Assembly (NCBI RefSeq): GCF_022539665.2
Contig: NC_081332.1
Coordinates: 1,550,001-1,614,000, forward strand
Reading direction: 5' to 3'
Origin: Daphnia carinata
Lineage: Eukaryota
DNA length: 64,000 nt
The position numbers and the translations under genes were made by a program. The notes beneath the pieces are model-generated. The model searched no databases. It saw only the letters and a program-made list of their open reading frames with translations, and was not told the origin of the DNA. Below are positions 26,626 to 39,302 of the stretch, one piece after another. Each line of letters begins with the position of its first letter. Position 1 is the stretch's first letter.

Positions 26626-27441
26626 ATGTCGCCTTACTTTACACTTTGTCGTAAAATTGTAATTCGCTCAACTGAATTCAACATCTACTACAAACCAGAT
26701 GCGATTCATGGCGCCATTTTCAAAATTGCTGAACTGGATAGTCACGGTGGACGAGTGGTCAGCAAGATCTACGCCACTCTAGATGTCGCCACAGAACTTT
26801 GCCAACGTCTCGACGACCTGGAACAATTGTATCAAGAGTTCCGCCCGTTGCCTCGCGATGCCCAGCTGAAATACGAGGAAATGGTGGAACAAGATTCGAC
26901 CTACAAATTAAACCTAACCGTCAAACAGTACCGACAACACTTGCAGATTACGCAGACTAAACTGAGATTGACTCGAGGGCCGTGCGATAGCATCACCATT
27001 CCGGATATGGGTGACTTCCGCCGCGAACTGGCCCTGCAGGTCGATGAACTGTCGTCTCGTTATTTGCATACGATCGTCGAAACGGATGAATCAGGAGTTT
27101 CAAAGGTGATTCGCGGGGATCGAGTGGCTGTTGTTTATTGTTCCGTCCGTCCGTGGCCGTGGTCGCGTTCGTACCCAACAACTCAACTCGTCCACGACCC
27201 AGTTTTGGTTGGATTGATTCATCGTGAGCGTGACGTGAGCAGAATCCGCGAGTACTGTGAGAATAGCTACCCAGACTTGATGGTGGACACGTATGTCGAC
27301 ATGAATTACGAGCCCAGCGATTCGGCCGTCCTTTACGAGTACTTGAGAATCCGCTGGATCCGTCGCGGCCAACGATTTCGCGTCAACGAACGTCCTGGAA
27401 CTATCGCTCTACCACACGAAGATCACTGGTACATCGCTTAA
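26626..27441 (+). CDS. Intronless 271-aa protein: two divergent PUR-alpha-like repeats plus an unrelated, phage-like C-terminal domain
   Basis: Open ORF, visibly GC-richer than its flanks, with AATAAA at about 27486. Aa 6-143 align by eye to PUR repeats I and II (GAIFKIAE; LKYEEM..YKLNL..LQITQT..RGP..ITIP..DFRREL). Confidence 0.75.
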   Translation: MSPYFTLCRKIVIRSTEFNIYYKPDAIHGAIFKIAELDSHGGRVVSKIYATLDVATELCQRLDDLEQLYQEFRPLPRDAQLKYEEMVEQDSTYKLNLTVKQYRQHLQITQTKLRLTRGPCDSITIPDMGDFRRELALQVDELSSRYLHTIVETDESGVSKVIRGDRVAVVYCSVRPWPWSRSYPTTQLVHDPVLVGLIHRERDVSRIREYCENSYPDLMVDTYVDMNYEPSDSAVLYEYLRIRWIRRGQRFRVNERPGTIALPHEDHWYIA

Positions 27442-27831
27442 GTGTGGAAGTTGATGTTGACTTGCTACAATTGAATATTCTGATCAATAAAACATTCCGT
27501 TAAACTAATTAAATTTGTCGTGTTTATTTATTTTTGTGAAGTAGGTCTCGGAAAAGCCACAGGGAATGACGTGGAAGCACAGATAAATGGATTTAAAGTT
27601 ACATGTAATCTTTATTACAAGAGCAATAAATTAACGACGACCAGGCCTCCATTAGTGAGATAACTTATCTCCGATATTGGTTATTTCAGATAAGGTCTTG
27701 CACATAACAGGCAATGGATGCATTTTGAGAAAAGCGTGTAAAGTTTTTGTGTTAGTTAGACGCATGTTCACTTTGTGACATTGGCATTTCCATTTATCCA
27801 CTATTATTTTGTGTGAACTCGTAAACGCGAA

Positions 27832-29034
27832 ATGAAATCTGAGGAAATTGACCATTCAAATCCCGTTCGGTTTTGCCATTCGTGGAAAGAAATCTGGTGG
27901 AACGTAGTGATAAACATAAAAAACCGACGTGTCTATTTGCTCATGTTTGGTTGTACGGGACTGCTTATGCTTTCTTATTTCGTCCTATATTCCGATGCAA
28001 ATTATTCGAATTCTTGGTCTTCCCCATTTTATTTTGGCACAAACGATTCACAAACGGAATCTCTTGTTGATTCACGTCCTGAATTGGAAACTACTTATAG
28101 CTTTTCATCTGATGAAAACAAAGCTTTCTTCTTGGAAACTGCGGGCAATGAAACACTCAACATACGACAAGCGTGTGCAGTGGAATCGCTAGCGTTGCAC
28201 AACCCAAGTGTCACTGCTTACGTGTTGTTTGGTCAGGAACGATTCAACAGCAGCTCCATCACATTAAAGACACTAACAGAAAACTATAAAAACATCCGAG
28301 TTATCGGTCTCAATATGGATAGTTATTTAGCCGGTTCGCCATTGGAACACTGGTACAAATTCACAGACTGGAGGAACGGACCTTATCACGTCGCTCATTT
28401 CAGTGATGGCCTTCGTTTGCTCACGTTGTCAAGATACGGTGGCTATTATTTCGATCTTGACATCATCCACGTACGGCCGGTGACCTACTATCGCAATTTC
28501 ATTGGCACAGAAGATGGAGGCACTGCGTCAAATAGCGTAATCCATTCGGATTATGGCTACCCAGTCCTGCAAATGGCCATCAATGATTTCCCTGTTGATT
28601 ACAGGTATGATGATGTGTACAATGATTTTTACTCTTTACTTTCTTTGGAATTCTAAACTGTTTTTGGGTGGCTTTGTGATAGAGCTGACGCTTGGACCCA
28701 TAATGGACCTGCCTTGTTGAACAGAGTTTTGACTAAATGGTGCGGAGTAGACAGCCTTGCGGAAATGAATTACCTCAAATGCCGTGGGTTCAGTGTCCTA
28801 CCGAACACATCATTCTATCCCGTACATTATAGCAATTGGCAAGAATTTTTCAAGCAAAGAGATTCAAACGATAAGATGAATCCTGATTGGCTGACGACCG
28901 AAGTGCTTGGTGTACATATCTGGAACAAGTTGAGCTACGGAGAGCCAGTGTTCCGAAATTCAACGCAGTATTATACACAGCTAGCTCGTATTCATTGTCC
29001 TGCCACATTTGCCATTGCTCCTGATGTCTTTTAG
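27832..29034 (+). CDS. Alpha-1,4-glycosyltransferase (GT32), tandem paralog, 2 exons (27832-28604, 28683-29034)
   Basis: Same motifs (YGGYYFDLDII, GVHIWNK) and the same intron position as the upstream copy. Confidence 0.92.
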
Positions 29035-29243
29035 AACCGAATTTCCTTATGGAATAACAAAAAGTTTAAGTTTTTCTATTTACTTCAATTTTTGTCTTGA
29101 AATGTCTTTGGCATAAGCACCTGAAGACGTTCTCGTAATATAACTCGTGGAACTATAACTCGTTCGATTAACTACTTATTCACAAATAAATCAAACCCGT
29201 CACCTTTTCCTATCACCATTTTTTTTTAATTCGTCCCCGTCTA

Positions 29244-32200
29244 TTAGAGAGGTGCCATTTTTGAAAAATCGATTCCAGGGATATTTATGCAAAGGACAGG
29301 CTTATTCAATAAACTGCAAAGATCCCGGTTCAAAATGCAGTTCCACATGTAAGCAAAGAAATCAAAGTCATCAAGAATAAATCGATTAGAATAATGAATA
29401 GTTAACATCAATTGCTTATGTTACAAAATGTGAATATACGTACTCGTCCGCAATACGGAACACTTTCGGTTGGATGGTGGTGATGGTACGGTCACTGTTA
29501 TCGCAAATAATGCGGGCTAAGGAGATCCTTTGAATCTGCGTTAATTGGGCTATAAAAACGTGAAAGTAAGAGCAGTAATGTATTTTATTAGCTACCATAA
29601 ACTTGTTTAAATGGAAACGTTAAGAATTTATGTTAATATTTGTTGTGTCGTACCTGAACGGAAGCCGGTAGGTTGATTAACGTTGTAGTTGTAGAAGAAA
29701 CGATCTGTCCGTCTCAAGTTTAAGAATTGCAAGGCAAAAATGCCGGCAAATGTCGGGCCAAGCTCGGCATTGGGCAGAGGCTTTTCAGTGACTCCACCGA
29801 CATACAGGTCTATATCGTGCACTGTTTCATAGACGGATCTCAGAGACGCAACGATCTGCAAATTAATATGCCATGAAAGATTGAAGAGTTTAGACTTGAA
29901 GGGAATTGTCTCACCTCAGCCGGAATGCGCGGAATCAAATGGTCAAAACTTGTTGGCTGAGTTTGCAACAGAAAATTGGATGCCAAATAATAGAGCATGG
30001 AAACGTATGGTGGTAAGCCGTGATCTCTTCCTCGTTGAATATTCAATGCAATTAAATCAAATCCAAGTCTCTGTTCTTTCGGCCTGCGCCAGTGCAAACA
30101 TCAGAATGAAACAAAAACATTTGAAACACACATAGTTTAAACTACTTAAAGAGTTGACTTGTAATGTCGTCAGCAAAACAGTTATCAACTGCTTGTACGG
30201 GCACTTGAAGGAGTCCTCGCAACGCATCATCGAAGAAATTGACATTCGTTAAAAGTCGAGAGGGGTTCATGAAAGAATCTGATAGGAAGTAGCTGTCTTT
30301 GCTAACTCTTCCAGTTTTGTCGAATAGCCTGCAGCGAAAGATGAACTCTATTGTTGGGTAACAAATAAATTTGTATTGCTCACCTGATAAAGCTCCTCAA
30401 CTGAGAGTGTCCCATGCGATAAGCGGCCGTAGAGAACTCGGTAAAAATGGCCGGATTTCCGCTATAATAACCATATTCAGATGACATCACCTGGGCCGCC
30501 AAATCGGGGCCTAATTTTGAGATGAAACAATTTGAATATTTAAACTTCAAAGAGCCGTTTGAAAATTACCAATCATGACGGGCAGATATTCGTTATAGAT
30601 GATGTGTTGCATTTCGGCTATAACGATTCGGCGAGCGTGTTGATAATAGAAGTCATCGGTTTGATTCGGAACCAAAAGGTAAAGGCTATCTGCGACCCGG
30701 TTATGCTCACGAACCCACAACGTGTGCATAATGGTCAACAATGGCTGTTCGTTCACCCTATGATCACCTGCATCGAAAGCATTGGCAGATACTAAAGGCA
30801 ACATTTGGCGATTGCTGCTGATGGACGTCTTCAGTTTCCCTCTGCCCGACGTTGTGTTCCGCAAGGAGGCCGCTTTCTGCGCAGTGCTTCCGTACACGTT
30901 AGACCCGTCGATCCAGTGCGTCAAAGCGTTAATCTATAGCTCCTTAGAATTTAAAGTTTATCCTTTTTTAGAAGCATCAAATGCTTACTTGTGATCGCGT
31001 ACGAGGGGCGGTACCATCCAAATTGTTTCCATACGTTGAGCGGATAAAATTCATGCAAGTTTGCTGGCCGATAGCGGATGGATTGTAAGTTGAGTCATTA
31101 CTAGGAATGGCGATTGGAAGGCATTCCGGATGAGGAGCATTCAGCACAGTGGTACCCGTTATGTTAGTCGAGCAGCAGGCAAATTCAATTCCATCACCTA
31201 GTTTCCCCCCCCATAATGAAAACTAACGTTTATTATGGAATAAATAAATGTGTTTTTTAATTGAGAACATACCGTTCGTGAATGTGGGGGTAGAAGTTAA
31301 ATCATGATCGACGAATTGACCCCATTGCATTGTCAACAGAGTAACGGCCGGATTTGGAACACTGTCGTTTGAGACAACAGTAGCAGAAACGAGACGAGCA
31401 CTTGGCAATGGACTTTTCGTTAATTTGCTCTTTCGAATTGCTCCAACACCTGATTTTCCCAATTTCTGTTAATTTTGAGTTTTTAATTGTATCATATTGA
31501 TCTCACCGTCATCGTAGCCTTCATTTGAATTGCCGATCAATCGAGAAAAGACGGTACCCGATTTGCCGTACAATGGAATGTCGATATTGTTGCAAGTTCC
31601 ATCGATATTACGGAATTTGGAACTGAAATCGCAAGCCTGTCTGTCACTCGCCCTGTTTGGCAACCGCCCAAGATCTCCTATCTTCTCAACCGGAATTCTC
31701 AACCTTTAATAATTGAAATTATTATCACGTTGAACGGCTTGTTAATTTAACTATACTCACTTTTCACTTAGGTACTTGCGTGCCACTAAATAGACAGCAG
31801 CTTCTTTTGATTCTGTCATGGCTGCTGGATTGTGTCGTTTCGTCGTGTACCGTCGCGATCCTGCCGCTCTAGTGCTACCCTCATTTAGATCTTTGTTATT
31901 GTTCTCTTCTGCAATTTGAGCTTCCAGATGTTCCCATTTTTCGACATACTCTCGGCCGACGCGAAGAGCATCTTGCAGGTCTTCTTCGTGGATGTGTACC
32001 TGATCCAGTTTTGGTGCTTCAGATTCGAACCGTTTGACGAGCTTGGGGAAAAAATTATCTGGTACAAAAACGATGTTTATTACATTAATCATTGTGACAT
32101 TTAATGATGTTGTACCGTCGACTGAGAAAGCGTCCAAGTTTTGCAGCTACATTGATAAAAATCAATCGTTAAATGGTTTTTAACATTTTGAGGAAGACAA

Positions 32201-32296
32201 AACTTATAGGCATAATCAAATTGTAGATGCAAATGCGAAATTTCTTACAAGGATGCATAATAACCCGAGAAGGAACGCAGTGAAGTGGGTAGCCAT
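29244..32296 (-). CDS. Animal heme peroxidase (chorion peroxidase/peroxinectin-like), secreted, multi-exon
   Basis: [26 protein letters not shown] (distal Q/D/H), [30 protein letters not shown] (proximal His), [10 protein letters not shown] and DIDLYVGG. Signal peptide [16 protein letters not shown]. Confidence 0.93.
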
Positions 32297-32490
32297 TTTT
32301 CCTTAAAAACGTTTATTTTTTGTAATATTGCACGTAAGGCGGAGATCCTCGATGTGAGGTGAGCGAACATTTCACGTTCCACTTTTATACACCGTACCAA
32401 TCGCAGCACCCAAACCACCCAACATTAGCCACAAAAATATTAGACATTCAATAGCATTGAAATTTCTTTTTAAACAAACAGAAAAACATG

Positions 32491-33151
32491 TACCTGTTTT
32501 CATTGCGTTCAGCTATGCAGGTTCCCAACAATCTGTTTCAATATTTGGGTACGTCTTACATTCAATTTTTTTCTTCCGACTTGAAGCAGTTGGCGGAAAT
32601 GTTCCTTTGCCAAGCTCTAAAGTTGCAAATACACAGGTTTTTATGCGGTTCTGTAACCGCCATTATTCACTAGGACCAACTACGCAACTTTGCACACTAA
32701 CCACAAAGACGTTGGGTTGCATCTGCCTACGTTGACGATACGTCGAATCTAATGTCTCTGTTCGTTGAAACATTTTGCAGCTCTAAACAGAAACATTTGT
32801 TACAGTACTGCAGCAGCTGTAATAGCGTACCATCTCCATTGGCGGCACGACTTCAAGTGATTCGTTTTTTTTCGGTAATCATTTTTGCTGTTTCGGCATG
32901 TCCGAAAAAGGGTTTTCCCCTAGGGAATTGGGCCCAACGCATCAAGAGGATGGGGGATTAAAAAATCCATGATGGCCGCCGTTTGCCTTCTCCACCAATC
33001 ACATTGCTTCACCCCATCCTCTATACTTCTAAAGGCTACAGCACTGAGATTGAGCTCAAGGCAAGTTCAGCATTTGATTTTTGTTTTCATTTGACTGCAG
33101 AAAAATGTTAGCTATACAAAATTGAATTTTTAAAATGTTATTTATTATCAA
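32491..33151. repeat. Dispersed ~660-bp repeat, copy 2
   Basis: Same orientation and same end points as 23938-24598. Confidence 0.85.
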
Positions 33152-33507
33152 AATTCAAGAACGGAAGCAATCCCACAAAATAATGACCATTCATCTTTCA
33201 AATATCTTTTTTTTTTAAGCTACACTGTACAGTCCCTATTGTTCCTGTAGCTGAGTGATGGCAATGAGGGGAAATGCTGGCATAAACACGTATCATAAAG
33301 CTATTAATTTTACCAACTATAAAAATCGTTGAACTTTGTGCGAAAAGATGCCAATAGTTAAGGATTACAACAAATACTTCACGCAAATTTATTTGAATAA
33401 CTGATATACGTGTGAAATCGACGTCGATATCTGCCATGAGTCGCCACTCGTCCACGTTAATCTATTCAAGTCTCACATAAAATTTAAACTGATATCATTT
33501 AAAAACG

Positions 33508-33804
33508 ATGTTTACAGTGAACCATAGCAATCAAAGTCCCGTTTATTTCAAGGATTTACAGGGTCAAGTGGACGAAGTGATGGACGTGATGAGAAGTACC
33601 ACCGAAGCCGTCCTAAATCGTGGTGACCGCCTCAACGAATTATCGGCCCGTGCAGAGGCACTGGAACACCAGGCAAATGTTTCTCTGAGGAGGGCCACCA
33701 ACATCCGGGAAAAGGTACAGAAAAATCACCGAAAGTGGACGTGGATTTTGGGCGGCATAGCTGTCATTACACTCGCCATTGTGAATACAATTTTGTTTTC
33801 GTGA
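33508..33804 (+). CDS. Short synaptobrevin/VAMP-like R-SNARE, intronless
   Basis: LQGQVDEVMDVMR..VLNRGDRLNELSARAEALEHQA matches the synaptobrevin coil with the zero-layer Arg. It has a C-terminal TM helix and AATAAA at 33844. Confidence 0.85.
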   Translation: MFTVNHSNQSPVYFKDLQGQVDEVMDVMRSTTEAVLNRGDRLNELSARAEALEHQANVSLRRATNIREKVQKNHRKWTWILGGIAVITLAIVNTILFS

Positions 33805-34875
33805 TTGATAGAAGAATGAAACGAAATACTCTCAGGATTACGCAATAAAAGCTGATAATCAAATTTATGTTTCTTTTCACTTATTTTTCATTAAATTAAA
33901 TTTAGACAGACTCTATGGACACTTTAAACACATTCTAGCTTGAAACATGTAACTATAACTGGAACAAGAGTGATAGAGCCAACTTTGCATTAAGAATTTG
34001 GCTAGATTAGGTAGAAGCATTTCAATTAATGATAAGGCATACCACTCAGTTGATATGGTGTTCCTGGAATAGAGCTATTCAGCTATACGAGGTTGCTATC
34101 TCCATTGCAACACAGATACACAAAAACATGAACAACAAAATCCAATGGCGGTTAGCGCTTTGTGGATACGTACAGTACAACGGCTGGCGGATATCAATCG
34201 TCAGTTCAAAATAGAGGACTTATGACGTCGCCAAAGTGGAACAAAAATGAGAATTCTGATTGAACACGAGTAAATCTTCTAAAAGAATGCGAAAGTGTTT
34301 CACTACTCAAGCAAAAAAAGAATAATAATTTAGGTTGTTAGTACAGGAAATAGAACTGCAAGTGACAGTACAAGGCCCCGACAGCGCAGAAATAGTTAGC
34401 TAATGATAACGATTTAAGCAGAAATCATTAAAAACGTGGTCAGAGTTGCTGCCAATTGTTGTTACCTTTCAATTGAAAAGGAAAGAATAACTATTAGGAC
34501 ACACCTTCGTAACAAGAACATGCCGGAAGCACATGATGTATCTTTTACGTTTGCAAAAAAATATATGAGCAGTTTAAACCAGTTTGTATACGTTGTTTAT
34601 AAAAAAAAAAGAAAAAAGAAAATTGTTTTCTTTCGCATAATAAAGAGCGTGTATGATTTCTTCTTTTTACAGGACGTATACATGCTACAGTAATCTGTTC
34701 CCCCTTTATTATATATGTTGATGTAATTGTACACAAAGACTGAAGACAATGCCCTAACAAATGATAAAACCCACCATCATAGAAAATTGCGTAATAGAAT
34801 CTCAGAACGAATAAGAAAATACAATAAAGAGAGTTAATCGGGATGATGCATTAATGGCAAAAATTCAAACGGGTT

Positions 34876-35791
34876 TCAGTTGGCCAATGACAAACTACGG
34901 GTTGCACCTGTTGATTGGTTGTTAGATCTTCTACCACAATCGCAACGACAAGTTCCTTCGAAACGACAGTTGCAAGGTACCCCACGTAACGATAAACGAC
35001 AAGAGGCTGCCTCTGCACTCTGCACACCTTTCTTCGTTAACGCAGGCGTCCGTCCTTTAGCAGAGAACGTGAATTTAGTTAATTTCCTGCTCGTAACGAT
35101 TCTTCGTTTGTTTGGTGTCAAGTTAGTCACCAGGTTATCTTGCATCTCTATAGGAACAGGCAGAGTAGATATTTCAAGCTGCACTTCGTTCGTGACAGGT
35201 GATGGATTGTCAGTCACGGTTGTAAGCAAAGCTTGGGTTACATCTTCACCTGAAGTTTCATCAGGTATTGTGGTAGTCTCTATTACCAGCGTTGTAGTTT
35301 CAACTGGAACAACTTGTTCTGTCGTTAGGAGGGTCTCTTCTTCAAGACTGGTGGTTTGTTCTATAATTTCAGTTGTCTGTTCTGGAACTTCAGTGGCTTC
35401 CTCCGCTGCTCTGGCAGCCTCTTCCGCCTTTCTGGCCTCCTCCTCCGCTGCTCTGGCTGCCTCCTCCGCCGCTTTGGCAGCTTCCTTTTCACGAATAGCT
35501 TTAGGTTTCCATGGTTGCCTCTGTTGTTGGTAAACAAGTTGTGGATGAATAATGCAAGGTCAAATTTAAGAAATATCAATAGATTGTTCAGGTTGCGGTA
35601 TACCTTAATTGTTGTTAGCTGAGGGGATGGCACGGCCTCTAATAGCGTCAAGCTGATGACGAAGAAAAGAACACAAATCTGTGCAATGGAAAAATAAGAA
35701 TGAATCCGAATTAAGTTGATATAGTTAAACAAAAGGTGGAATGTAAAAAAAATACGAATAATTCAAATTCAAAGTTCACCGAAAAGCGCAT
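34876..35791 (-). CDS. Uncharacterised secreted protein: E/A/K/R helix, Thr/Glu-rich mucin-like region and Cys-rich C-terminus; 3 exons
   Basis: TATA box near 35875-35882. Exons read ATG CGC TTT TCG | ICVLFFVISLTLLEAVP..TTIK | RQPWKPKAIREKEAAKAAEEAAR...CNCRFEGTCRCDC, all joined by phase-0 GT-AG introns. Confidence 0.75.
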
Positions 35792-37825
35792 TGTGTTGCA
35801 CGATTTTCTTTTGTTTTTGTTTCACGGTTTAGACACAAGTGACACTGTTAACAGGGATGTCAAGTACTCTGGTATTTATATAGTTTTGGACAAAGATTGA
35901 CCTCGATAGAACCTGTTCCAGCATTCAAGTAGAGCTGAAAACCAGTCACGTGACTTTTAGATCAGCAAAGTCATAAGTTCTTGTCAATCTGTGCAATGAT
36001 GTCCTTCAATAAAACGGATGAAAATAAAACAACAACTTTATTATTCGCATTTTTACTTTTATGAAGAGTACATCGTCAATAATAACGAATTCGAATATGT
36101 CATTATTTCCTCCTAATGGTTATGTAAAACATGCCGAAAGGTGCCTTTGTCCAACTGCTACCGAACATTGTTTGTCCTTCCTTTACTGAGTTTGTGATTA
36201 ATTAAAATAAACAGATTATGTAGATTTAGTGGGTTAATCCAATTCTATTGAACGTAGTATTCGCATGTAAAGAATAAGTTCATGCAATCTTTGTCTTTTC
36301 ATATCAGATTAATGCAAAACGCATTTTGTCAATTTACAAAACTCAAAATCTAGCCCAATATTCAAATAAATACATTAGGGATTTTCTAGCATTGATAACA
36401 TGGAAAGGAAGGCGGTGCGAACTTCCTATGTCACGTACTTCTCCAGCAAAATGATAAGCTCCCATCTGTTACGATTGCGGAAGCACAAAGAGATGGCAAG
36501 TAAATGGCACTCTGCGACCAATCAAAAATCAAAGCTTCGGGAACTGCTTGTTTTTCTTTGCGGAACTGATGATTGAATTCATTAACCTTGATTTTATTTT
36601 ACACATACAAACATTTAGGGGATCTCCCTCAGTATTATAGTCATATACCAAACCCCACTGAATCTGCTGTTCGAGGCGATTCGAGGTGAACCGCACAAAC
36701 AGCTAAATGTCTTCACAAGGACGTGCCAAGTTGGGGTTCTGTATCAACAGGTAAAAAGACGGCCTCTTTTTTACCCTTTTTTGGGGGAAGAGAGATCCTG
36801 TATTGATTTGGCCGTGCCCTTGTCGTTTTGGATTGAGAGGTGGACTTTGTGTTAGGGGATTATTAGCCTTTGAAGCTGTGCTTGCTTACCTGTATAGTTA
36901 ACAGTCACGTCGTCACAACAGGTAGTGGTGTTTAACCGTAAGGTGATACGACGTCCAAGTACGGCGGTTAATTTTTTGCAATCCTCAAAATGTGCGCGTT
37001 ATCAGCTGTTTTTTTTAGAAAGATTTAAAAGTTTATTGCTTTAGCTATCTCAAGGTAATAGCATTGAATAATGATTTTGTTATGAAGGTAATGAAGACAA
37101 GTTTCAGAATTATATTGGGCGTTTATTTAAATGAGTTGGCAGCTTCATGTAGAACATGTGCAGCCTAATGAAAGTAGGGAATACTGGTGGAGTATGGGAG
37201 CTCAAACTGTGTATCCTTTATCTTACCCCTTCCCTTGAAAAGGTGTAGAGACGAAACAAAGGAAAGTTTCAAGTTTCCATTCCCTTGCCTCATTTCAATG
37301 TTCTATACTAAAAGAACAGGGTACAGGAAAAGTTGCAGGGGCTCATTTTAATATTTATGCAAATATGCAGAACACAGCCAAAACTTTTTCTTTTTTGTTT
37401 TCTGTTTGAAAAAACAAAAGCTACTGTATCGCTCAACTGGGCTTTGAAAAGTAGGAGGTAGGGTATTATACCTGCAGATTTCCCGTTGACGTCACACGTT
37501 TAAGGACAGGGTAAGAAAATAATTCCTTTGGCAAGTCGTTACGTGTTGTTCTTACCACGTACGCCTCATAGAATTTATTTAAAAGAGAATCTCTTAATAT
37601 GGAATTAACTTTTATCAACCACAAATTCGATTTGAATTACGATATACGTTAAATCGATTTTTCATTTTTTTTAACATGTTGCTAAAGGCATTCCGATTTG
37701 GAATCAGTGTAGCCCAATAAAAACTCATTTGTTCTATTATGTTCTATTATCATTTGATAGGCTTTCCTTTCATCTTGTTTAGTACAAACAGCTGATAAAG
37801 CAAAACTAATATGTTTATGCAACGT

Positions 37826-39302
37826 TCATACTACAATCGGGAAATTGACGGTACCGCCGGCGCCGTTCTGCCCTTTCAGCTGGAGCATTCCACTGTCTTG
37901 CGTTGTTTGATTATCGCAACAGGTGGAACCTGTCGTGCCACCGTTATAAGACCAAGACCAAACGCCCTACAAGAACAACATTAATCAACAACATAATGTT
38001 AGAACAGTAAGCCCATACCTGATAGCCATTATCATAGCTGTACTGGAAAAGAGTTGGGCTGGTTTCGGGACCGCCACAAACTGTGGCAAATTCACCAATC
38101 ACCAAAGGTTTGTCCAGTCCGTAAGATGCGGCTGTAACCTTAAAATACAATAAACTCATAACGTGCTATAATGGACGTGCATGTTTCAGAGGTACTTTGA
38201 ATGGTTCGCTGGGGTCCCATTGTCCGGTGTACGTGTAAGTGTGAAATTGGTAGAAATCTAATGTACCCAAACTTCTACCACCTGCAGCTAGGAGACATTT
38301 GTCTGTGTAATAATTTCCTGTTGGAATGGCATAAATAATAAAAGCATTTTTGGAATAACAGTTTAATTAACGTATACTCGATTGTTCGTAAGCGTCAGAC
38401 TGGGCGTGTTCCGACCAAGATCCGAGGGTAACGAGCGATGCAGGATTAGTTTCCTTAATGGCGTGCGTTTGCCAGTTGACAAACTTCAAGTTACTAATTA
38501 AATTGAAAAGTTAATTTATTTTCTTTTAATTGATTATAAATGTACTTTTCCATAGGGATGGTAAGGCCTGTCCAACTAGCGTCCGTATTCGCAAGCGGAG
38601 TCGTATCGAAACATGGATTGTCATTGACTTGATTAAGCAAAATGGCACCTTCCGGCTCGTTCATGATTTCCCAAGCAGCGAGTGCAGGATGATCACCCAA
38701 AGCTGCAACCATTGGCTATTGAAAATAATTATTGACGTGAATATTTAAATGTTTTTTTTTTTCAGGATCACCTTGAGAGCGTTATCGATGTAACTCTGTA
38801 GTTTGGCATCGTCGTAAAACAAGTTGATTGTATTCTGATTTTCCAGAACTGCGCCATTCCACAAAACGAAGATGACGAGGATATTTTGAGTTTGTGCAAA
38901 ATCCAAGAAGGATCGCATATCGTCGATGATAGTGCCCGTACTGTCGGGACTGATCACGTACCCATTGCTGTCGTAAGTTGGAGTGTTTTGTCCTTCTACG
39001 TGCACCCATTGTCCTTTTTCGTTTCCCACATTAGCATCATAAAGGATTTAATAGTTTTTTATAAATTATTTACGAATTGAATTTCCTCCACTATTGGCGA
39101 TCATGGTGAGCCAAGTCTCTAACGTCGCCTTTGAATTGGATTGATAGGCACCGTTTCCAAAGTCGTAGCCGTACGAATTCCAAGCGATGTTGGCTCCAGA
39201 CAAGAATACTTTCTGACCATTGTAGAGGAAATCACGGCCGCTTGTCGTTAACCGACCGGAGCCCAACGTCACGCAAATACTCAGGAATAAGACGAGCAGC
39301 AT
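37826..39302 (-). CDS. Endo-beta-1,4-mannanase, GH5 (subfamily 10-like), secreted, multi-exon; copy 1
   Basis: FLSGANIAW, LWNGA, WEIMNEPEG (acid/base Glu), LDFYQFHTY, KPLVIGEF (nucleophile Glu) and GVWSW. Confidence 0.9.

Noticed and set aside
34880..35533. 217-aa + strand ORF
   Set aside because: It is the antisense shadow of the Thr/Glu/Ala-rich exon of the minus-strand secreted gene.
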